Shown here piece after piece: positions 38,487 to 64,000 of a stretch of DNA of 64,000 bases. The DNA is from Bugula neritina (lineage: Eukaryota > Animalia > Bryozoa). A program made the translations under genes and the position numbers. Position 1 is the first letter of the stretch, and each line of letters begins with the position of its first letter. The notes beneath the pieces were generated by a model that saw only the letters and a list, made by a program, of their open reading frames with translations, did no database searches and had not been told where the DNA came from. Location: assembly GCA_964035545.1 (NCBI GenBank), contig OZ037767.1, forward strand, positions 23,142,628 through 23,206,627, read 5' to 3'.

Positions 38487-40071
38487 CTGTACGCTATTGG
38501 GTGTAGGGAGTGACATTGTGCTGCTCTTGTGTGCTATACAGTATTATGCTGCATATATAATCTTTTGTATAGTAAAGTTGTCTTCTCTTGTATATAGATT
38601 ATGATATTTACATGAGGCTTGCTCACGTGCTGTAACTTTTAATTTAGTTATATGAAATTTATTATTCTCTTTTTCATAATATTAGCTTGGTCTTGATTTT
38701 AGTATTCTTGATTCTTTGTTAACGGAAATCTGAGCGTGATGGTTTTGGTTGTAGTTGCCTCCACCTGTTTGATTTGTGTGTTGCTTCTTGTCTGTTTGGA
38801 ATTCTATGTAAAAATTTGTGGTTTGTGAACTCACCTCTCTATTTGATGTTTCAACAACTTCCTTTTTATTTATGGCTCTGAAGTTTCTCCAGTTTCATTG
38901 TCATGTGTGACAAGTTTGTTACATTGGTAAGTTCATTACACCATGTCATAGAGCTCTCCTTTTATATAAAGCATGTCATGCTGCTGGTGTGTTGCTTTCA
39001 TTCTGCTAGTTTAGCTAACATAAGGATGTGAATGTTCAGGTGGTGTGTGGAATTATGCTATAATAATTGTTGACCAAGATAAATATCCTTTTTCTCTATT
39101 TCGATATTTTTCTAATATGTTTTCTTGGTTTTTTACCTGGTGAATTGATACACACTAAGTTGTATGCTCATGATTTCTAATACAATGATAACATTATCTT
39201 AGCTATTATAATTATTATGTAAATAAACTTTCTCTCATATTCTGAATTCTTATTGAAATAATGCTCAGTATCACAGGCTAACTTGTATTTTCGTATTTTC
39301 TTAACTTAGTGTGCAGTATTCCTCAGCTCCTGTTAATTCCAGCTGCATATCTTAGCAGATGCTCACTAATCTTGTATTATCAATTTCTGTAAAAGTTATT
39401 GGCTTTATAACATACTATAATAAACAGCAGGTAGGTTGAATACATTGCAGTTGTGAATTGTTTGCACTTAATTTATGCAGTATTACAATATTCATATATA
39501 TCTTAGCTATCAGCTACAGACTTAGGGTTGCGTGCTCAAACAACTTTTTATAATAGATTCTGGGCAAACATGTCTTGAATTAATTTGGGATTTCTGATCG
39601 TATGCTTATGACATTTCCAGTCGGTTCTGAAGTCTGCAGTATTATAAAACTAATAGTAACTATTGCTAACTTTCATTCGGTGCCATTCTTGGCTGCTGCA
39701 ACCCACTGAGCTGAATTAAAAGCTTTAAACTTGAACTTTTAAGTCTGTTCAGTGATTATGCTGGTGTTACATTAGCTAAGGATAGCACGTAATAAAAGTC
39801 AGAAATAATTACTATTTTATAAGTTGTCGACTTAAAGGGCGGCTTGAATGACTTTATACGACTTGTATTTGGGGTTACATTGTCCTAATAATTGCAAAAT
39901 AAATAATAGGCTTATGAAATCAGAGTTTCAAAGACAATCTTGAGAGAAATGCATCTTTCTTAAAAACTGGTTACTAAAGTACAAATAAAATAATACATGT
40001 AAGTATAGCAGACTGGGTTGATGCTATAAAAATGGGATGTTAGACATCTCAATATTATTATGCATTATCCG

Positions 40072-55389
<15,318 letters not shown>

Positions 55390-58300
55390 TTTCAATTTTA
55401 TCCCAATTGATTATGGCAGCAAAAGTTGAATAGCAGCAGTGGGTGTGAATAAGTTTAAACTTCAACAGCTTCAAATTATGCAGCAATAGTTACGAGATGA
55501 TAAAATCAGCAAATCCTGAATCCCTGAAACTGTAGGTTCTGCTGGATGATGGAATATCCACGATATTTTCACTCCTTTCTAAACTTCTATTTTGCAAGTT
55601 TTAGTATTTTCTCAATTTCTAAAAAATATTGTATAGAAACTATATAGAAAGCTCTAATAAACTCTAAATTAAATTCATTTGTCAAGCTGTTAATATCATT
55701 ACCCAAAATAATAATAGGCTATGTAATAATGAATTAATAACTTCAAAATATCTTTTTTATGTACATGCTACATAATATGTTAATTACTTAGTTTTTTATA
55801 AGCAAATAGAGATAATGTTAATTTATATTATTATATTATTATAGTTTATAGCAACTGTATTATACAATCACCATGAGCAAAGTTGGTGAATACTTAGCTG
55901 CGTCAGCTTTTCTCTTCTTATAAATAGAATAACAGCTTAAAACAGACAAAAAGGCATATTCTATACTTGTAATCAGTAAAACAGCATATATGATAAACTG
56001 AATAAGAGCAATACAATTTTTTTAACAAAGTTAAAAACTATATTAAAGCTTATAGCTGATGTAATATTTTCTAAATTTATATTATGTAGTTTCATGCTTA
56101 GCTAAACTTCATATAAGAAAACACCTGCCTTATTCAACCAAACCTTGCCTTATGAAATTATGATTTACTTCTAAAAGCACATCTCATTGAGTTAATTTAT
56201 ATACATGTTTAATATTATATTTTTTCTATACAACTATACATGGCTGTCTAATAACTAATATATATCCCTTTATAAGTATAATGCCATTATTCTATCTCTA
56301 AAACGTTGCTCTTAAAAAGATCTAAGATTTTTAAGTTAACAGTAGTTGGATATTTACCTGCTTGTGTAATACACGGATACTAATTCTATTATACAACATT
56401 TACTTCGATTTACTCTGTTGAACATAAACCTATTCTTCCCAAAGAGTACTTACTTTATTAGTTATGATTGTTTTTTGAGTAAACAATGATGAGTAGATTC
56501 AGCTGATAGACTTCCATATCTTAACGTAAGCACACGTGTTTACTGTTAGCTGCATGTACTTAACACTGTTGAGGCATATAAACAATAACCAGATTAAGCA
56601 AGCATGAGCTTCTTAATTAAATGATTATTAAACAATATATAATGGGCAGCAGAAAGATTACGCTTGACTCTGGTGTACGAAGCCCAATGAAAAGCCTTTG
56701 CTCAATGTCTGTGGGCATCGAATAAAACAATAATGAATCTACTCACTAAGCAATAAAACTTAGAAGTCAACTACAAGTTGCTGTAATAACTCCAAGGAGT
56801 TGTCTTCTCATCAGCAGCAAGCAGAATGCACTGTACGTCAGCACCTCTCGCTATTAATTCAGGGGTCACTGGTGATTTAAAAATGATGAAGTCTGATAAA
56901 AGTCTGAGAAACAAAATGCAGCTAAAATGCTGCCAGGGTAAAACCAAAAGTCAGCAAATGAGATAGTCATTGGGCAGCTGGCAATTAACACTTGAGAATG
57001 TGTAGAGGAGTTGGAGAGGCTTGTATGTCATTGAATCAGTGTTACTTCACCTGTAACTTGCTCTACTTAATTATGGCTGTCCAAAATTAATTGTATTGAA
57101 GTGAAGTTGATGTGAAACTACAAAGTAAACTTTGTCTAGTGTTTGACAGTTTGTGACAGTGGCATGTTTGCCCAGTTATTACTTTTAATATGGTTTAGAC
57201 TAATCTAGTGATGGTTTACATAGTTTTATATAATAAATGTGCATAATATTTCTGAATATAGAGAGCTGTAAGTGTGTCCTACGTGCCATTGAAGCTCAAT
57301 ATTCCATACTAGTTTTATACTGATTATATAACAAGAACATCCAATGAGTTAGTAATATATGAAAATATAAATGATAGTTTATCTCATAGCTATATAACCT
57401 AATTATCCCACTCTGCAAAATAGTGATGGTCTTAGTACTGAATTTGGACAACCTATAAAATTAAATGTTCAGTATATTATAGCTATAGCCATATTTTATA
57501 AATGTATAACTATATAAGGTATAAGGTATGAGGTATAAGGTATGTAAACGAGTTGAATTACAAAATCTATAATCATTCATGATGGTTTTTATAATTTCAG
57601 CTAGGGTATAGAACTTTGAAAATTGAAAAATTTAGTCCAAATCAATAATCAATATAGATTATGTAATAGCTGTCAAATACCTTCAACTTACCTAATTCCA
57701 CTTTCACCTGCTGTAGCATAGTTCATATATAGTTTTGTCTATATGATATATCAATACATCACAAGTTACTGTGAAATTTACAGCACCATTGGGGTAGACT
57801 GGTTGCCACTGACAGTTTTACAACCTGTAATAATTTGTATTGTTATATTATACCCTTTGTATGCTCACGTAATTTGACTAACAGCTCTAATATTTATAGA
57901 ATTGTTATTTAAGAAAACAAATTGGATGCTATAAGCAACAATTGCCATTATGAAAACTGCGAACAAAAAGAATATTTGCCATTCTTAAAAACATTTAGTT
58001 TAAAAAACCCATAAGTTGTTAGTTTTTACATATCCACTCATAGTTTTTACCATCATAATTGCCTACTATAGATACTGTCATCTCTTTAAGTAGCGTGTAA
58101 TACAAAGTAACTAAAAACATTTAACAGAAAGTTGTTTTATATCTGAACAGTATTCTTTACCTGTACTCATTAGTATAATTGACAAGATTCTGCTACTGGT
58201 TAATCAAATAATTTCAATTGCATATCGAAAGCCTCCAAAATGAGAAAAGCTGCCTTTCTCCAATAGGAGTTTCATTTACACTTAGCTTGTAGTTCGAATG

Positions 58301-61101
58301 TGAAATTCTTAGGTAAATGTCAAGAATTAATCAACAATAAGGATGAAATTAATAGATTGTTAATAGAACATATGCTAGATATAGCATGTGTTCTATTAAT
58401 AAAATGTTAATATAACACATGCTAGAGCCAGCATTCTAACTTGACCTGCACCTGAATATACTATTACAGTATTAAACAAATTTATTATTACAGGATAAAT
58501 TCTAAACTAAAGTCATATTTCCTGGAAACAACATAGCAGCGGTTCCCAATGCTAATTACATCATTACGCTTTTTATATTTAGGTTTCAGATGAGCTGGCT
58601 ACGTCCTAGCACCTGCTTATTCTAAATAACTTCTTCAAGTTATTAGGCAGCTAAAGATGAAGTTCAGAATGCCTTGAATAATTAAAACCTTGTCTGCAGT
58701 ATTAAGTTGTCATAATTACAAGCTAATAAGGTGGATACTAAATAAACAATTTTACTTGTAAATAATATAAACTTATGTAAATAGACATTCCATTCGTATG
58801 TATGCAGTGTTATAGTTCTCCCTGGTGAAGTAGATAGACATGCTATGTATAATCGGCAGCATATGCAATAGCTGCCAATTTATAATGATGTAAGACTATA
58901 TATCAGATAGCTAACTTAAAATGCTATACTATACTATAATACGAAAGTTGTAATGTATACATACAATGCAGGTCATTAGCTCAAACAAGATTTTGTTGTT
59001 AGTAGAAGAAATATTTGTGTTATAATGTTATATAAATTTGTAATTGTGGAATGCTACTTTCTAAATATGTGCATGGGTCTACTTTGTTATGAAGCCTAGA
59101 GTATGCTGTACAATTCACATATACTGTGCATGCTGATGTTGGGTTCTGGAAATTTCTAACGTGCATGTTATGATTGGGATGATGAAGCACTAGAGAAACA
59201 TGTTAACTTAACCGCTACACAAACATAAAAATACAAAGGCAATAGAACTCTATTCACATAAATACACTAGTGAAAAGCCCCTTTGTATTGTAATTGCACT
59301 AGATTCTAGGTAGGATCTTATGTTATATTCAAAAACAATTGGAGTTATTCTCCCTCTTGATTGCATACACAATCAATGTTGTAAATATATATAAGTAAGT
59401 GCACAATGAGACGTATGCTAACAATATCATAGATAAGACAGCTGTGCAATACTCAACTGTAGAAAATAATAAATGGTTAATCAGGTTAAAGAAGTTTGTT
59501 AAAGAGTATAAATAAGAAGGCCAGGTAAACACTTAGCTTCTTACTATTAGTTGCACTTCTCCTTTATTTCTATAAAAGCAATTCAAAAAGCCATGCAACT
59601 TTTCTCGGCTTTCTGACAATTTTTGTTTCTCTGAAGAGTTGCTCTAACATGATGTTGATGTACACTTCGGCTAACTCAAAATTATATAGACTGGCTATGA
59701 ATTAGTTATTTAAGCTTAACTCTAACAATTTTTGTGAATAATCTTCATCAGAGAATTTCTACTACCATAACATTTGAACACATATTTCTGAGGACTCATA
59801 TCAAACATTATGATCACTATTCACTACTAAGTATCGTTAACTTAAATATAAAACTATCTCTACAGTAATATTTGACTACACTTTTTACTATTCTTGTACA
59901 CTGAATGCATGACTTGTACAAAATCCAACAATTATCTACAATATAAATATAGACCACTTGACTTTTCATTTTGTTCATCACACTTTTGGCTATTTCTGTA
60001 AAGTGAGTGACTTGTATAGAATCTAATAATTAATAACGATATGAATATAAGTTAGATAACATTCTTTACTTTTCATCACCAGTTTTTTCAGCCTTTAAAA
60101 ATGTAACAAACTATATTGTCATACTATAACTAATATAAGCAAAAATAGAGTGCTGCAAATATTAACTAAAAAATGGTGTTGTTATGCAATTCTCCATAAT
60201 CTACTCTGCAAAAAAACATTTCACGTTTTACTCTGCTCCATGAAGTAGGGTAAAACAACTCCACGGTACAAACAGTATGCAGCATACAATGCAATAAATG
60301 CAGAACTTTATTAAAGCTATCTAGCAGCCTAACCTTTTTGTTTTATTGTGCAAACTGTACAGAATTGGCTATTAGAATTTAGAAAAAAATAACTAAAAAT
60401 TTAGTGCCACTAATAGAAACTAAAAAATCAATTAAATCACATGATAGCTTGCTAACAAATTATTTATTACAAAATTGTAAATGCTCTTCAAAGCATTCTG
60501 TTTGACATTTAAGCTAGCTAAAAATAAACATTTTTATTATTCATATATTTGCAAGATTTGATACATGGAAATTTTTACCCTTTTGACAGTTATTAAAATA
60601 ATTACATTGGTCTATATTTTGATAATAACATTGAAAAGTTACAGCACTTTTTGTACCATTTTCAGGATATAAAAATAAAACTGAATAATCATTGTAAATA
60701 TATTTGTAAAGGTGTAGCAAACCTAAATATGAAGCAATGCAGTAGGGTAAAGCAACTCCACAGTACAACTAGCTAGTAGTACAAATAATATGCAGCATAC
60801 AACGCAATAAAAGCAGAACTTGTTAACTATAAAATTATATAATTATAGAATCATTAAACCCTGCTCTGTAAATTGTAGTAGATAATACACCAACAGCAAA
60901 TTGTGATGGTAGAGTAGAAATTCCATTAGTTGTTGCTTTTCTTAGAATTTCTATACATGTCAGAGAGTGATTAATCGATTTCAGTAATGAAATGATGTTA
61001 CACATATAGCCATGACTTAAAACAAAGCACAACTATAGATTATAAAATACAAAACAAATTGAAGAACATAAGGTAAAGTTATGACTGTATTATTGCAATG
61101 T

Positions 61102-62863
61102 TTAAGAGTGCTCAGTACAGATGAGGTTACACATCTCTACTTCGTTATCACTTTGTCCTATCCCCATGCTGGTTAAATTAGACGGCACCAACTGAACTGG
61201 TTTATTCACTGGAACCCAGCACTTTGCGGCAAACTGACACTCAGCTACCAGCTCTGCACACATGCTTCTCTACAACAAAATACTGTTATAGTATAATATA
61301 TTCATAGACCACTAGTTTATCTGCGATATACTGTATACGTTTATAGATCATCAGCTTCGCTACAACAATATAGTCCTACACATAATCATAAAAACATTAT
61401 GACACACAAGACAAAACAAAAACACAAAACTTGAGAACTCATCTATATAAGCTACAGAAGAGCAATGTAGCACATCACCTAAACTAGGTCAACATTTCCG
61501 CTTGTGAGGGGACACTGTATAGCCGACACTCACCCGGTCAGACTTGCTGTTGACGAATGCGTTGATGCAGAACTCAAGGGTGCCAATGATGATAGCCAGA
61601 ACCAAACCGCCACCCAGAATAACGAAGACACCCCCCAAGTTGTCCAGACCAAGTTGGTTAGCACTAGTTGAAGATGTAAAGTCCTCAGCAGATTGGCTTT
61701 TACACGTTTCCTCAGGTTTCTACATGTTGAGAAAAATAATGAATATAAATAAAAACAGAACACAAAACTGCTAGCTTGTAGCACTTCAGTAAAACATTTC
61801 ACTCAGATTTATCTAAAACTTGAAAGAATTAGCCACAGAAACATTCTTTGTGCTTAAAAGCTGTGGTTGCTGGATCTATTCTACCAAGAGTTACATTCTC
61901 TATAAAATGGAGCCATTAGAAAGCAGCAGTGGTCTAGAGGTTAGAGGCTTTGCTTAGTAAACGTGAAGTCGTAGGTTTAATCCCCAGTAAAGGCCATTAG
62001 TGACGTTAGGAAGGAAATCCAGTCATATTTGCTCCTGTGCCCCATCTGAATAAGTCCTTAGCCCAATTTAACAAAAACTCTTTCTATCAGGGGTTTCTCA
62101 CAGGAATGACGACTATAAACTTGCGTGAGTTTTTTTTATAAAATATATCCCATTTTTATACAATACTTTAAACCAAAAATACTTTAAAAAGACCCTACTG
62201 AAATAAAATGTCAAATTAAAAAGTTTGAAGGATGCTTGAAGTGATCCATGTCTACAGTACATAGGAGGGGAGGGGGGTGTCCCATACCTTCCACCATTTG
62301 TTGTATAGTCTGATTAGGATTTGATTCTCACTCAAGTATAGAACTCTCTCCGACAGCATATCTCTGAAGGGAGAGTTCTTCGGTAACCCGATGCCATAGC
62401 CTTTGCTGTCGAGCTCGTCGCCGACCTCCATGAGGTCACAGTGCTGAGACAGCTGGTATCTCAGGGGAATCGACTCCATTAGGTACGCATAGCTACAGTT
62501 GAAGAAGCCACAGTGCAGCGGACATGATGATAAGACAGCGGTTTTGGTAAACTGAGTTTGACTTCAGCATGGGGTCGTGACTGACACTTAGAGTACGTCT
62601 GCACTCTAAGGCTATGGCATTCCTGAGTCAGTTTACTTTGTTAGTATGCCATGAAATTGCGAAACAGAACTTAACGTCAAAGTTTCGTTAATTTCCAATC
62701 TTGAATAATATGAATAACTGTTAATTTTTGACATGCCAATCAACCAATTAACTTACTTTCCTGCCTTGACCTTTGCAATCCCAAGGTCACTTTTATTTAC
62801 GAAAACATTAGGATTTTGAGACATGGAATTCCACATTTTCTCGTAAGTAGACATTTGTGCCAC
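61102..62863 (-). CDS. Second kainate/AMPA-type iGluR, last four exons only (S2, M4, C-tail); gene continues beyond 64000
   Basis: TYEKMWNSMSQNPNVFVNKSDLGIAKVKAG; YAYLMESIPLRYQLSQHCDLMEVGDELDSKGYGIGLPKNSPFRD..YNKWWK; LGLDNLGGVFVILGGGLVLAIIIGTLEF; RSMCAELVAECQFAAKC...EHS*. Same intron positions as the gene at 40072-55389. Confidence 0.93.
61921..62137 (+). mobile_element. tRNA-derived SINE (~215 bp)
   Basis: A-box TGGTCTAGAGG, B-box-like GGTTTAATCCC at tRNA spacing, no complete cloverleaf, unique body, T-run end. Related fragments at 27115 and 23395. Confidence 0.65.
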
Positions 62864-62889
62864 CTAAAACCATAGATAACTGAAACATG

Positions 62890-63330
62890 ATGATAACTAT
62901 ATGTTATTATATATACGTATATATAACACAAGTTCAACATATGCAATATACAGTAGGCTATAACATATACAATATACAATGTAACATATAAAGCATACAA
63001 TATAACATATACAGTTCAACATACATACATACATGTTATATACAGTTAAACATACACAGTTTACAAAATTATATTGCAAACGAAGTATGCAATATGTTAA
63101 ATACTACAAACAATGCACGGTTTAACATGAGCAGTATAGTGTTTAAAGCATAGACAGTATACAGTTCTGTATTGTATACACATATACGTTATACAACATG
63201 TACAGATATGCAATATAACAAACACAGTATACAGTTTAACACACAGAGTAAACACCTCAACAAACACATAGCATACAGTTATACAAACACACAGTATACA
63301 GTTATACAAACACAACACACAGTTTAACTT
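62890..63330. repeat. Degenerate low-complexity ATAC/ACAGT tract
   Basis: Recurrent ATACAGT/ACATATAC words; intronic. Confidence 0.7.
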
Positions 63331-64000
63331 ACAGCACTATCCTACAAAAAAAAACTGTAATAAGTTAACGTAGGCACACAGTTATACTGTATTATACTGC
63401 TAACAGCCTAATACACACCTGATGATCACATCACTTCACTAATATGTGGTCACATAATTCCAAAGAGTACCAAGTGACAAGTTGCAACAAGCGGAAACGG
63501 ATTTCTAGCAAACTTTGATAGGCAGTAGAAAATGAAGCAGAAGATCAATAAGGAGAGAACTAACTAAAGGAGAAGATACAACACACAATACAAGAACACA
63601 CTTGGAGACAGAAAGGCTGCACTTATGCTGCTAATAATTAGTTTGGAGTGTCAATATAAACTCAGTTGATACAAATTAAAGACTAAAGACATCCCAGGCA
63701 GGTTGAGCTCAGCAATACCTGCTTTAGACAAATCATTGTAGATACGATTGAAAAGGTGGAAACTAAAATGGAAGAAATGTTGGACAACTTATACAGGGGG
63801 GGGGGAACTACCAACACCGAACAAAAACATACATGTCCATGAACCTGTAAAATGACATGAATAACCTTATAAGCAGAGGGTAATATAATCTGTAGCATAT
63901 GTAATTACTAACTCTACAACCAGTCTATAGCTAGTTACTACTAACGCAACACTAACTGAACTGCTATGACAGCTGTGTATGTATTACATTCTAGTAGTGA

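Noticed and set aside
61921-61995. tRNA gene
   Set aside because: Box A and a degenerate box B are present, but there is no pairing acceptor stem or full cloverleaf, and it continues into a body shared with other loci, so a SINE head is more likely.
61102-62863. Alternative (flip/flop-like) exons of the 40072-55389 iGluR
   Set aside because: They lie upstream of that gene's signal-peptide exon and have their own M4, tail and stop, so they belong to a separate paralogue.

Overview
AT-rich, intron-rich animal (invertebrate metazoan) genomic DNA, not prokaryotic. Most short ORFs in the track are single exons or artefacts of repeats. I assembled spliced gene models by hand from GT/GC-AG boundaries and codon phase. 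In order: (1) + strand 5-exon DXO/Rai1-fold gene whose catalytic motifs look degenerate and which ends in a hydrophobic tail-anchor; (2) + strand 4-finger C2H2 transcription factor; (3) - strand classical SDR oxidoreductase; (4) a complete, very young Ty3/Gypsy (Mag-like) LTR retrotransposon with apparently identical 328-bp LTRs, a 5-bp TSD, PBS and PPT; (5) - strand uncharacterised RS/SP-rich protein, head-to-head with (6) + strand atypical E2F7/8 across a promoter with CCAAT/CHR/E2F motifs; (7) a complete - strand kainate/AMPA-type ionotropic glutamate receptor and (8) the 3' end of a tandem paralogue running off the window. Introns hold many mini- and microsatellites and diverged copies of a tRNA-derived SINE. 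Best candidates for novelty are the membrane-anchored pseudo-DXO, (CT)n tracts at a near-fixed ~30 nt after 5' splice sites in three genes, and tandem duplications nucleating on exon-intron junctions. Family assignments rest on remembered motifs; no database search was run.
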